A stretch of DNA of 64,000 nt from positions 91,791,843-91,855,842 of the forward strand of contig NC_058131.1 of assembly GCF_016433145.1 (NCBI RefSeq), written 5' to 3'. Source of the DNA: Gracilinanus agilis. Taxonomy: Eukaryota. The notes beneath the pieces are model-generated. The model saw nothing but the letters and a program-made list of their open reading frames with translations, searched no databases and was not told the origin of the DNA. Position numbers and translations under genes: made by a program. How positions within the stretch are numbered: position 1 is the first letter of the stretch; each line of letters begins with the position of its first letter. Below are positions 11,851 through 24,775 of this stretch, piece by piece.

Positions 11851-13185
11851 CTGAAAGTAAGATTAAAGATTAAAAAAAAAATCATAAATAGAGCAGGGCT
11901 TACTTTGAGTAGGGAAATGATAGTCTATGTCTCATTCAGGTCTTGATATTGTTCACCCTCTGAGAGGGTAGAGAAGGGCTTTTGGGTTGTCTGTGAGGCA
12001 GGTGGGTGTGCAAATACTAAACTGAGTCTTGCTGGTGAGCCCAGATGGAGAGCGTGTCTTTTCAAGCTCTCTGACTTCTGGCCATGTCCCATGTCCAATT
12101 AAAAACAGTTCTTGAAAAGTGATCTAGGACTATGTTGAACTCGGCAAAAGTTCCTGTTAGAGGGGATACCATGAGTCCATGAATTCCAGCTAGCTGCTGA
12201 GAAACCTTTTCGATATTACTTGAGAGAAAGGGCAGGAAGCAGAATCCAGAAATCTTGATCCTAACTCCTACTTACTTCTGGGCCCTAAAAGTTTTACTTG
12301 ATTTCTTTTATCTTTTCTCTCACAGAATCTTCCCTGATAACAAAAGAAAAACAGCTAAGATCAGTGCAGCAACCATGTCTAACAATGTATGCCACATTCC
12401 ACAACTATAGTCACCCATTTCTTTATCAAGAAGCAGCACTCTTCCTTAAATGCCTTTCAAGGTGAAGACTCATAAATGTATTTAATCTGAATTCTCTACT
12501 GCAAGGCTGAATGGCATACAGAAGGTTGGGCCTGGATGCAGGAAGACCTAACTTCAAATCCTACCACTTAGCAAGTCTTTTAACATCTGCATTCTTCAGG
12601 TATCTCCCTAGGACTTAATCTACTCAGGTTTACGACTTAGGTTACAGGTCTGCATTGGCATAAGCAGTTCCCATTACAGGAATTTCCTACAACGACGAAA
12701 AGTATAGACCTTGACATTCTTTACTGTTATTAAAAAAATACTGTGGTTAAGCAAATATGTCACTTAGGGGAACTATGTTCTAATACTTCTACTGCTTACT
12801 TGAGAAGGTGATTTAGAGGGCTTTGAAATTATGGACAAGGCCCGAGAACTGAATTTGGAGAAAGGAAATATGAGAAAACTTAAGAAGTAGTAGAAGAAGG
12901 AAGAAGGCCAGAAAGTCTGTGTTCTTGTCAAGGGTTAATGAGGTGAGAAAAAGAATTTGATAAGCTTTTACCCAAATAGCAGTGCTTCAAGGGAAGCCAA
13001 GATCAAGAAAGTCAAGGACTGAATATCTTACTTCCATTAAATATGGAGGTTAGGAAGAATTTTTGCAGATGCTGAATAAGTAGTGTTTGTATTCTATCTC
13101 TCTATGTTCAAAGTGTGAGCTGGTCTCCTACAAAAGGAAGTAAATGGGTTGGTGGAATGTCTCTACTCTACAGAGAGTCATCTAA

Positions 13186-13186
<1 letters not shown>

Positions 13187-13235
<49 letters not shown>
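13187..13235. repeat. (ATT)16 microsatellite at a SINE tail
   Basis: Direct reading. Confidence 0.95.
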
Positions 13236-13237
<2 letters not shown>

Positions 13238-13427
13238 CCTTACCTTTCAGCTTAGAATAAATACAGTGTATTGGTTCTAAGGCAGAAGAGTGGTAAGGGC
13301 TGGGCAATGGGGGTTAAGTGACTTGTCCAGGGTCACACAGCTAGGAAGTGTCTGAGGCCAGATTTGAACCTAGGACCTCCCATCTCTAGGCCTGGCTCTC
13401 AACCCACAGAGCCACCTAGTTGCCCCA
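13234..13427 (-). mobile_element. SINE1_Mdo-like SINE with 11-bp TSD
   Basis: Full body; AGTCATCTAAC at 13176-13186 and 13428-13438 flanks SINE plus tail. Confidence 0.9.
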
Positions 13428-15284
13428 AGTCATCTAACTTTAACAGAGAGAATGAAGAGTTCATTAAAAGACAAACACATTTAAAAAACATGTGAAGAAG
13501 CAGAAGGGAATCTTGGGGTGATAAGTTAGGACTACTGAATATTTAGAGCTAAGAAACAAACAAAAGGGCTTCACCTGAAGAGGTGGAAGCTGCTTGTTCT
13601 CCAAAGAAAGATATTTTTCCAAAGATGCTATTAGCCGAGAGGCCAATCAGCAATGATTAAAGGAACAAAAGATGAGTAGTGGAGGCTGGCAACTGCTTGC
13701 CCTATATATGAGAGTAGCCACCTTTTAACAACAGAGAGATCTGCTTTCTTTGTGGAGTGGGCATGTATCTGAAACATGAAAATACTCTTCAAGATGTCAG
13801 AATGGATGAATACTATATATTTCTGCTGATTCCTTTGGGCCCAAATGATAGTGTCAGAAGAAAGCTAGAGAGCGTCCCTAAAGATTATGAAGTCTTAGTC
13901 AACAAATGGAAGACTTAGGGGCTCAGGGGTAATGATTTAATCACTGCTAACTATCTCAAGTAAGGCACCCAGAAAATAAAGTCAGAATTGGGATGTGAAC
14001 AGCTGGCTAATAATAATGGTGTCTGAATGTGATATTTGGATTTCTGGACCATAGCTTTAAAAACAGCAGTGACTACCTTGTGGCCAGAGATGGAATGCAC
14101 CTAACAAGGCCTACATGTTTTTGCATGAATTCTTGCAAATCTAATCCAAAGGACTTTAAGTTTAAAATGAAGGTGATATACTGATTATTTATATCCTACT
14201 AAGCTTAAAGAATAGCAGTTGCTACTACTGATATCCAGAAATTCACAGGAAATAATTCCAAGAGAGAGTAGAGGGTGGAGCTTCCCTGAAAGGGCACAAG
14301 GAAGTAGAGGCAAAAGATGTAGATGATTTTTAAGTTTAGTGGTTAAGTCTTGTGAATCCTAAGTGTACTCTTGATCCTTCTGGAACGGAATGTGGATAGT
14401 ATGCCATTTCTCTATAGGAGGCAGCATGATTTTGTGGGAAGTGCACTGGATCTGGAATGAATATACTCCAATGACTAAACCCTGGTTCTGCCATTTAGAT
14501 GGCTCTCAGCCAGTATGTTGATGTCTCTGGGTGAAATTATAGATTGCCTGTTAGAAAGGACCTTGGTTATTATCTAATCCAATCCCTGAATTTTACAGAA
14601 GAACTTTTGAAAGAGGCTTTATAGAGATGAAGTGACTTGCTTGTGGTCATGTGATTTAAGATGTGTCAGAACAAAGGTTTAGACCCAAGTCCTTTGACTC
14701 CAAATCTAGTGTACTTTCCACAATCTTGACCTGCTACCTGTAGCTGAACAAAATAAGAAGTGTTTAGTAAGGGCTAGGCACTGTGCTGGGCATGGGAATA
14801 CAGATATATGGGTAAAGAAATAAAAACAGTCCCCTTCTAATTGAAGAAGACAACACATAAAAAAGGAAAAAATGGGTAGGGGAAGGAGGTTCCCTGGCTA
14901 TGGCAAAGTCTGAAGAGTTAAGGGGAGAATCTGTTTGTCCCCACTTTAATCTACTTTTTATTCATAGCTACCAGACTTAATTTCCTAGACCTCAAGTCTA
15001 ATCATGCTATTCCCCTATTCAATAAACTCTAGCAGCTCCTCATCACCTCCAGGAACAAACAAGAAATCATCTACTTTGCATTCAAAATCCTTCATGACTC
15101 GCCACTTCCCTCACTTCCTCCCACCTTTCCAGGGTTCTTACACCTTATTCCCCACCTTGCACTTTGAGCCTTTGCTGTTCCACACACAAGACACTCATCT
15201 CTCTGCCTGTTACCCAATCCCTGTTAAGTTCTTTCATAGGCTATGTCCTCTGACCTGGCTGGGTATTCTTCTCTATTACTTGGG

Positions 15285-15530
15285 AACAGCTGGGTGGGCA
15301 CAGAGAGACAGGATGCTGGGCCAGGAGTCAGAAAGATCTGAGCTCAAATCTGGCCCCAGGTACTTACTAGTTGTGTGATCCTGGGCAAATCACTTTATCT
15401 TTGTCTGCCTCAGTTTCTTCACATGTAAAATGGGGATAATGGCACCTTCCTTCCAGGGTTGTTATGAGGCTAGTAGTCATAAAGTTCTTAGATCCTGGCT
15501 CATAGGAGGTGCTTAATAAATACTTTCCCC
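15285..15530 (+). mobile_element. MIR-like SINE
   Basis: GAGTCAGAAAGATCTGAG.TCAAATCTGG...GGGCAAATCACTT...CCTCAGTTTC.TCA..TGTAAAATGGGGATAAT core. Confidence 0.7.
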
Positions 15531-15589
15531 CTTTCCCTCTGTTCAATCTGGTTTGTTCCAAACCTCAAGTCTCTCCTTTCCCTCTTACC

Positions 15590-16500
15590 CTATGAAATCT
15601 TGACATACTCCACTGAAAAATCTGAGGTCATTTGCCACCTTCTCTGTTCTCCCTTATCTCATTCAGACATCCCTCCCCCCCCATTACCTCCTTCACTTTT
15701 GTCTCACATGAAGAAGTGGCCCTTCTCCTTTATACCTCCCCTACATGTATTTTGATCCTTTTCCCTCCCCAATTCCTCAGCAGACTATCTCCATTTCCAC
15801 TTTCTCTCCTATTTTTAATCTTTCCCTATTTACTGCTTCCTTTTCTGATGGCTACAAATACGGCCATCCTTAAAACAACCCCGAGTTTAACCCTGCCATC
15901 CTCAGGAGCCATGTGATAGACAGCTCTCCTCTTTGAGGCTAACTTCCTTGGGAAAGCTGTTTCTAATCAGCACCTCTACGACTTCTCTCACTCTCTTCTG
16001 GACTCTCTGTAATCTGGCTCCTGACTTTGATGCAACAAATGATCTCTGAATACAATCTAACTCTCAAACCCAATGGCTTTTTTACAATCCTCTTCCTTCT
16101 TGACCTTGTGCAGTATCTGACCCTGCTGACTGCTTTCTCCTGGATACTCTCTCTTCTGCGTTTTGTAACCCTACTCTTTCCTAAATCCCCCATCTATCTA
16201 CCTGTTCCATTCTTAGTCTCCTTCTTTGCCAGTTCCTCATATCCCACTGTCTAATAGTGCCTATCTCCCAAAGTTCTCGTCTCTTTTTGTTCTATGCTGT
16301 TTCATCTGATGATCTGTCAGCTTTCATGTCTACAGAAGATTTCCAGATTCAGATTCAGCCTCAGTCGCTCCTCTGAGCTCTAGTCTTTTATCACTATCTC
16401 ATGTTGTTAGATATTGTGAAATGGATGTCCTAGAAGCATTTCAAATTTGACATGTAATACAATCCTTTCCAAAATTCAACCCAACTTTCCTTTTTACCTT
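15590..16500 (+). mobile_element. L2-like LINE fragment
   Basis: Pyrimidine-rich L2 RT/3' motifs (TCAAACCCAATGGC, CTTGACCT, TGGATGTCC...TCAAA). Confidence 0.6.
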
Positions 16501-18194
16501 TTAAGTCTTTTTACACTTTGCTCCCCCCTCTAAACATGAAATAAACGTGAACACACACATATGCAGATACACACTAGACATGTATGCACATGCAGATACA
16601 TGCTCACGCACAGACACACAGATTCATAAAGATAGACAGACACACACATACACAGAGTTATCTCTCAACCTTCCCCATCACAGTTTCACTATATCATGAG
16701 TAGGCATAAGAAACTAAATGGGAATTTTTGAAGGTTTTGCAGAAGCTGGAGGTAACATGCAAAGGTCAGCAGATAACCCAGAAAGTTTAGTAATGCATAC
16801 TTAACCTCAAATTTACAATAAGATTTTATAAACACATCATAAAAGAAAAAGAAAAAATTCAGACTTCTTGTCTGGTATGAAGAGAGGGCCAAAAAATTTT
16901 ATGTGGATTTTCTAGATTGCTGGGGGGGCCATATTCCTAACCCTTGTGATATGGAAGGGGTAACTATATATTTATAAAGCCCATCTAACCCTGTTGGCCT
17001 AAATGCTGTTCTTTGAACACAACACTTTCCTAGGGGCCTCCATGCCTTTTTAGTGACTATCCCTCAGGCCTGAAATGCTCTGCCCCCTACCTAACACATT
17101 TCAGCTTCCTCAACTTTGTTCAAGACTTAGCTGAAATTCCAGCTTCTGACAGAGGTTTTCTTGAGGCTAGCTGCTAGTGCTTTCTGAGATAATATTACCC
17201 GTACTCTGTAGGTAGCCAGTTATTAACATGTGGCCGCCTCCATTTGCATGTGAGCTCCTTGAGAGCAGGGATTAGTTTTACCTTCTTTTCTATCCCATGG
17301 CTTAGCACAACCCTTGACACAGAGCAAGTGATTAATAAATGCTTACTGACTTATTCAATCCTTTAGGAAACCACTGTAATGTGGTTGTGGTATGCTGAAG
17401 ATCAAGAACCTGCAGATCTCTGCTTTAGCCCCTTTAGCAGATTTCTGCTCTCTGCCCAGGACAATAGAACAGGCACTTGTTAAGTAATTGCTGGCTGGCG
17501 AGGCTCACCCAAAGCCTAGACTAATCTGCTCTTCTGATTCTTTCTTATCTAGAGCAGACTCACTGGGCTTTCTCAAGCTCTTCTACCAAGACCAAATGCT
17601 AGTTTCATGTTTCTCTGTACTAACGGGTGTTATGCTCTTGTTGCTATTCTCTTAGTGGCTCCACAGGTGGGAAGGTCTGTTTTGGAGCATAAGACACCTG
17701 GAAAACCAAAATAAAACATCAACACATTATCCCCGGAGAGCTGATATCTACGGTTGGACTCTGAAGATTCTCTTCCATTCTTTCAGATTAAGAAGACAAA
17801 GAAAGGGACAAAGCTGAGGGGAACTAGGAACAGGGAATAAAAGCTTTGTCATAGACTGCTGTTTACCAGTCACAAAACTGGACATGATGTCCCTGCTTCA
17901 GCAATTCCTGACATCTCACGGGTCCCCTCCCACAGTTCAAAAAGATGTTATTTAATGAAAGAATTGGTCCTTTCTTCTCATAGCAATCAGGTACTGCAAT
18001 ACCTAGGGTTTTTCTAGTCAGAGTGGCCTGCCCTAAATGGCAGCATCTTTGATTTTGGTGTTTTAGTAAATAAGACACCTAGAGATGAACGTTTTTCTTT
18101 ACTGATGTGCTTCTTTAAGGAAGAGTGGTTGTTTCATCTTTGCCATTGATGTCATGTGCCAGCTATAATGAAATCCTGAGAGGGAAGGCATTGG

Positions 18195-18402
18195 TTTTTT
18201 TTTTTTTTTAAACTCTTACCTTCCATCTTAGAATCAATACTGTGTATTGATTTCAAGGCAGAAGAGTGGTAAAGGCTAGGCAATGGGGGTTAAGTGACTT
18301 GCCCAGGGTCACACAGCTAGGAAATGTCTGAGGTCAGATTTGAATCCAGGACCTCCTGTCTCTAGGCCTGGCTTTCAATCCACTGAGCAACCTAGCTGCC
18401 CC
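18195..18402 (-). mobile_element. SINE1_Mdo-like SINE
   Basis: T15 tail plus complete body. Confidence 0.9.
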
Positions 18403-19062
18403 TCAAAACACTAGATTCTTATACAATCCCAGGGCCTAGACATAAAGGGGATGTATTTTCTCTTTCTATCAGAGCAATAATGTCATAGATGAATAATGAT
18501 TGGTAATATTTTTTAAAAAGTAGCAGTGCTTATTTCTCAAAATGCTTTATTTTTAATGAAGCTAAAATTTACATGTTTTTAATGACCTCAACTTGAAGTT
18601 AACTACTTATGTTGTTCATCAGTCATAATGACATTATAAAGACATTATTCTGGGGATATTAGGCAGAAAACACATTAGAAATTAAGACAATTTAGAAGTA
18701 TTATTTTTGCGTAATACAGTTTACATATTCTAAAACATCTGGCCCTAAGCAAAGCTTTCTTCCCATTCCACAGCACTGAGGAAATATTTAGTAGCCCTAA
18801 CATGTATGTGACCTCCTAGTTAGTCAATCAGTGGACATTAGAGTTGATAATAAAAGATTTTTCAAACACAAAGAGTGAAGTGCTTATGTGTAGTTTAACT
18901 GAATACTAAATACAAGAAAAAGGAATTTTCCCTAAATCATAGGGATAAAAAATATTTTAAAAAAAATTTTATAATTCAAAGTATTATTATGAGCTGCATG
19001 ATTTGAGTTGGATCACAGGCATACTTAACAAATTAAGTTTTTAGGCTTTTTTGTTTCATTAC

Positions 19063-19180
19063 CTCTGTTGTGTCTTTGATCTGTGATAACTTTTCTGAGT
19101 CTCTGAATATATTTTAATATTCCTTCTACAGGTATACGTTGATCATTTTCATAGGCTGTGATTATAACCGAAGGATAAGT
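19063..19180 (-). CDS. PREPL: PREPL coding exon 12/14 (catalytic Asp)
   Basis: cttttAG|ACT...AGA G|GTaatg; 118 nt; TYPSVIITAYENDQRIPVEGILKYIQRLRKVITDQRHNR. Confidence 0.94.
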
Positions 19181-19439
19181 CTAAAAGAAGATATTTAAGA
19201 AAGAGAATTAGTTTTTGGTGTGCTGTGCCTTTTTACAAATTGGTATTCAATTACTAAAAATAATTACTGAGCACCTTTCTTGTAAGGAAGAAGTGCTTCA
19301 CATTAATTATGCTATTCAAGATCTTTGTGAGATTTTATTTAATAGTCTCCTCTTCTTAATCAAGCCACAATGTCTATAAATATTAAATGCAGTCAATTAG
19401 AAATATAAGACAAGAAGGGGAAGGGGGGAGTAAGTATTC

Positions 19440-19660
19440 ATATCTAGCTATCTTTATCTCCATTCTCACTATGTGCCAGGCATTGGGCTAAGTGCTTTAC
19501 AGATATTACTTCATTTGGTCTTCTGTACAATAACCCTTCAATAGGTGCTATTAATATTTCTTCTTTACAGTTGAAGAGGTAGACAAATGTGAAGTGACTT
19601 GCCCAGGGCCACAAAAATCTGAGCCTGGATATAAATTTGGGTTTAAATCTTGATTCTAGG
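19440..19660 (-). mobile_element. MIR-like SINE
   Basis: TATGTGCCAGGCA...CTAAGTGCTTTACA...GTGACTTGCCCAGGG.CACA. Confidence 0.65.
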
Positions 19661-19776
19661 CCACAGAGATGCATGAACATACTTGTCAACTAGTTTCTGT
19701 TACTAAATGTGACACTTGCTGACAATCCTTTTATATTGCTTACATGAGGCAGAGTAACACAACTGGGTTTTATTAC

Positions 19777-19926
19777 CTGTGGCCTAATGTTCTGGTAAGG
19801 GCAATAACTTTTTATGTAGTCCATATATCTGTTATCAGATGAAGGGTCTCCCCACTCTTCTAGTTCTTCTATGGTCAGAGGAAGCTGTGGGTCCAGCATG
19901 GTATTGAGAATGTCCAGAAAAGGTGC
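19777..19926 (-). CDS. PREPL: PREPL coding exon 11/14
   Basis: gtttAG|GCA...CAG|GTaata; 150 nt; [50 protein letters not shown]. Confidence 0.96.
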
Positions 19927-22189
19927 CTAAACAGAAGCAGTTTGTTTAGGTTTGACTAAAGATGTAGCAGAATGAACTCAGAACAATTAGGCTATGCCAT
20001 GGCTGCGACTGTGAGTGGGAAGGGAAGAGCACAGGAATCCAAGTGCTCTGGATAGGGAGGGGGTGAGTGTTCCTACCAACAAATCTGGAGATAGCAGGAG
20101 CAAGACAGTTCCACCCTCGCAGGGGTTTCTAATATATATTAAGTATTGAGGAAGCTGTCTCTGCTTGCTGGACACCTCTATGCCTCCCTCCTACACAGCC
20201 ACTGCCATGTCTCACATGCCCACTTATTTATGAGAAATCCAGACACTGGGAAGCTTTTTTTTCCCCTACAGAGATTTTTCTGGATGATTGAAAAGAGAAG
20301 CTCTACATGATAAGGATACTGAGATGATGAACCCAGACAGCAATGCTGAAGCCAGTGCTGATGGGACACAGAAGCAGCATCAGCTCTTCCCTCAGGTGAG
20401 GCACCCAGGGGACTCTGGCTCAACCTGATATAGCACAAGGAGTCATGGACAAAGATGAGCTCAAGATAGGAGTAGAACTATGACAGTGCGGAAATAAAGC
20501 AAAATGATTCAGCTTATGGTGAGAGGCTTTTTACAGATTCATTTTCATTTTATTTAGTAGTAAATGAATTTACTTGAAAAAAGTTAATATACTTTTAGGG
20601 CCAATGGAATGATTATATCCTTCCACTTGTATAGTGCAATGTCTATGCCCTTACATATTGTAGATAAAAGTCTACATGTTTATCTGCTATATAGTCTCCA
20701 TACTTGTATTGTTTCATAGATCCATTTTATGGAATCAACTGCTCCTTTAACAGAAAAAAAGTATATACTTAATTGGGCTTTAAATGTTTGGTTCGATTTT
20801 GAACCTTTTTTTAAGTTAAAGGGGGCTTGATAAAACAAAAGACTTGAACAAAATTTCACAGAATAAAGTTATAAAGTTTTTGAAACAAACCAACTAGTAA
20901 ATGGTTAAGATCTTTTAAGTTATTTTAAAAACTCTCCATTAAAATTTATTTAGTTCTGTAGGAGGTAAGTATACAGTGGAGAGATCAAAATTTATGACTA
21001 AGTCTATTTTTAGGTTATGCTGAATATAAGAAAAAGTGAATTAATGCAGAATTTGGGAATATTGTAAATATAAATGGTAAAACTAAAGTAGTTCAGGCAT
21101 AAACAACTAAAGATGTAAATAAACCAATAGCCATAAAATAAAATGAAGATGACTTGAATTTATTCATGTTGTGCTATAAAGCATGATATAAAATAAAATG
21201 TCCAAAGTCCAACCTAATTCGAAAAAGAACTCACACACTCTTTCATGTAAAAGTCAGTATTCAACACTGCAATACCCCTAAAAGCAGTCATTCAGAAGGC
21301 TAGAGAACAAATGGGGCGATACCAGCTGTTATTTCTGTCAGCAAGCACAGACAATGGGAATAATTTAATTCAAATATTGATTTAAGGTTCTCTGATTGGT
21401 ACAGAGCTACAGGAATACCTGAACTCAAGGACCTTACAACCTAAGAAGAGTAAGAGGGAACCTGTCAAAGACAAGCTTTTTTTTTTAATGGAAGAATTTT
21501 TTTTTTCCATATTTTTATGGAAGAAAAGAGGAACTATTATCTATCTTTTCTTTTTATAAATAATACCTTATTTTTTTCCCCAATTACATGTAAAAATTTT
21601 TTTTTAGCATTAAAAAAAAATTTGAGTTCCAAATTTTCTCCTTTCCCTCCCACCTCTCCCCTTTCCCTGAGATGGTAAGTAATCTGATTTAGATTTTACA
21701 TGTGCAATCATATATTATCTATCTTTTCATGGAAAAGGGGGCCTATCCATGTTTTCAGGAAGTGAAAAGTACATGCCAATCTCTTTAGCTATAGGCATTA
21801 AAACTATTTTCACAGGCTGAAGCACAGAAGGGGTGAGTCCAGGGTTTAGGAGAGCAGAGTGGCTAACTAGAATTGTGGAGTAACTCCATCGTGGAGTCTA
21901 TTGCCTTAATGCCTTTTTACTCTCCAGTAGTACCTCTGCCCAGGAAAAACTCAATGAAAATAGTGATGCACATTTTGCATTGGAGGCCCTTAAAATGGAG
22001 GAAGGGGGTTGGGCTGAAGGACTATTTGTAGATCATTTCCTAATCTTGAATTCTTAGAATCAAACCTTTTAAAAGGAAAAAGTTTAGAAACTATTGCATC
22101 TTACTTCGACGATATGTTAGGTTTTCAACTATTCTGAATCCCCAATATTTTTATTTCTTAGAGCATTTTGGGACTCAGAATTGACTCAC

Positions 22190-22406
22190 CTGTAGAACTA
22201 CAGCCCTGATGAGTCTGGGGTTGGTATTACACAATGCTCCTGCTAGTACACCTCCTGCACTATAAGCTGTAAGGGCTGTAAACACAGGTTCAGAAAATCC
22301 CAGGTTGTGAAGGAACTCTATACAAGCCTCTAAGTCAGCAAGGCCATTGAGCTTATTGTTCAGACAGCCACCAGCATGCCAACTAAGGCCTAATTCACCT
22401 CCACCT
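22190..22406 (-). CDS. PREPL: PREPL coding exon 10/14 (catalytic Ser, AYSAGG)
   Basis: tttcAG|A GGT...CAG|GTgagt; 217 nt; [10 protein letters not shown]...[15 protein letters not shown]. Confidence 0.96.
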
Positions 22407-22940
22407 CTGAAACATAAGGGGAAAAAAAATGCATGAGGAATATGCTGTAGATAGTCCACTACTCTTAACAGTATGCATTCTTGTGGATATTTGGCTAATC
22501 AAAGTGGAATTTACATGTAAATGGAGAATAACAAATCTATGTATTTATAAATAGTGTCTGTATGAGGAAGAAAAGATTAGAGAAAGTATGAACCAAAGGC
22601 TAGATCACTTTCAAAAATCAGGTCTTTTGAGAAATGGACAGGATTTCATAAAAACTGAAACATGAAAGGGTTTGAATGGAATTAATCACTTGGCAAGTGA
22701 TCAAATATGGAAACTTGAGTTGTTCAGATCAATTTATCTGTAAGTAAATCAGGTCAACTGACAGTACAAATTTATTAAAATATGTGACAAGAAAAGAATT
22801 TATAAATTCAGAAATCCAAATGGAAAAATGAAAACTCTAAAGTGATATCTAAATTTTAGTTATTAATTTCAATGTGATTTTGGACTCTCTCATTGTGCTT
22901 TATATTTACACTTCAAATGAAATAAAATGTGCTGACTTAC

Positions 22941-23116
22941 CTAACATGGCAATATGCTAATATCCATCCATCTTCAATTAACACTTGATTCTCAGCTTTG
23001 AAATTCATGTTTAAATCTACCCCATAAGCTCCATATACATGGATAAGAAGAGGTCTTTTCTGTAAGCTCTCAGAATTTTTTTTATAGAATATTGTCAATG
23101 GCACTAAGGTTCCATC
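22941..23116 (-). CDS. PREPL: PREPL coding exon 9/14
   Basis: tttccAG|GAT...GTT AG|GTaagt; 176 nt; [13 protein letters not shown]...[13 protein letters not shown]...[10 protein letters not shown](R). Confidence 0.96.
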
Positions 23117-23389
23117 CTGGAAATTAAAGGATATTTTCTACATAAACAACTAGTTTTGTACAACAACAAAAACTATAATGATTTTCCTTTAAAAAATTTT
23201 TTTTTTATTTCAAATTTGGCTTCCTTTGAAATGTTTCTTTTTTTTTTTAGAATAATTTTCTTTGACTGAGAGCCTTGCACTGTTTCCTGACTTCAATTAG
23301 GATAGATGGATTTCTAAAAATATGTCAGAATCCCTGTTATCTGAGATTTCCCTTTCTTTCCTTAAAACAAAACACAACACAACAAAACA

Positions 23390-23583
23390 AAACCCTTACC
23401 TTCTGTCTCAGAATCAATACTTGTGTTGGTTCCAAGGCAGAAGAAGAGTGGTAAGGGTTAGCAATTGGGATTAAATGACTTGCCCACGGTTATACAGTTA
23501 GGAAGTATCTGAGGCCACAATGGAACTCAGGACCTCCCATCTCTAGTTCTGGCTCTCCATCCACCAAATCACCTAAGTGCCCC
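23390..23583 (-). mobile_element. SINE1_Mdo-like SINE
   Basis: Complete, moderately diverged body. Confidence 0.85.
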
Positions 23584-24568
23584 TAGAGTTTTCTTTAGTA
23601 GTGTTACCAATATGTATAAAAGAGAAACAGAAATATTATTTAATGGTGTAAATGCATTTTATTGTTCAATATTACTATAATTCATCATGTTTTTCTTTTA
23701 AATTCCTCTCCTAGGATATGACAGTATTATTTATAAATTAACAAACTTCTAAGACATTTTTTTACTCACATTGCTAATGCCAGATATCATTGTTTCTCAT
23801 CTTTTATATCAGATTATTACCAATGTATAAAAAAAGAATAAGCAGAAAAAGTTGGACAGTTCATTTTAAGTCACTGTAACTATGATTATTAACCTTTTGG
23901 AACTGGTTCATATTACTGTCATGTTATCTACTTTCATATTCTTAAAAGGTGGATAAGTTTAAATGATTTTTTCCCTTGATACTTTCACCTAGGGAAAATA
24001 TCAAAGAGCAATGAAGACACCAATAGGGGTATTGTAGAGATGGATCTCTAAATCAAAATGATTTTATATTTTGCAAAGGTCTTTCCGGCTCTTCCTAAAA
24101 GTCCAATAGATATTGCCATCACTTTAAGGACCAGATAAAATTCTAGAAAAACAAGCTGTTAAATAAATAAAAAAATTTGGTTGCTCCCTCTTCCTATCCC
24201 CTTTTCTATTTATTCAGAGAAGCATTCCTATGAAAAATTCTTCACGCCAAGGAAGAAGGTTTGGAACCTCAGCAAGCTGGTCATTGTGTTCCAGAAATCT
24301 TTGTGCTAGGAATTACAGTAGTGTCCAACAGATGATTTCTTCCTTCCCTCAATGCATAGGAAAATCTTTTGATCTAACATCTATAGTTTTCAGAACTTAA
24401 CTTTCTCTTTTCTTCTTTTCACTGTAAACAAAGATGTTGAATATAATAGACCTGGGCCAACATTCAAGATATTACTATAGCCTGAACATTTCTTAAATCC
24501 AATGCCACCTATAGTTATTTTTTTCCTTTTCCTGTTACCATTTTAAAAGAAAAGTTACAAAAACTTAC

Positions 24569-24775
24569 CTTGCTTTTTGCTTCTAAACGTGCCATGTGAC
24601 AATCCGTCATGACTGGTTCTTCTTGCTCAGCTTGCTTGTAGAGACCGCCATTTAGTAAATTATATATAAATTGTCTTGGAGGATGCACAGGAGAGGAGAG
24701 CTGAAAAGAGCAGGCACTGCTGCTGCTGTCTTGTGGCTGGGTGTCTAGCTGGCATGCACAGGCCCACACAGGGAG
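24569..24775 (-). CDS. PREPL: PREPL coding exon 8/14
   Basis: cttcAG|CTC...AAG|GTaagt; 207 nt; LPVWAC...FQLSSPVHPP...RLEAKSK. Confidence 0.94.

Noticed and set aside
17690-17790. Possible missing PREPL exon (acceptor-like site, VDISSPG peptide)
   Set aside because: The real penultimate exon is at 11768-11850, and the 14-exon model is already in frame.
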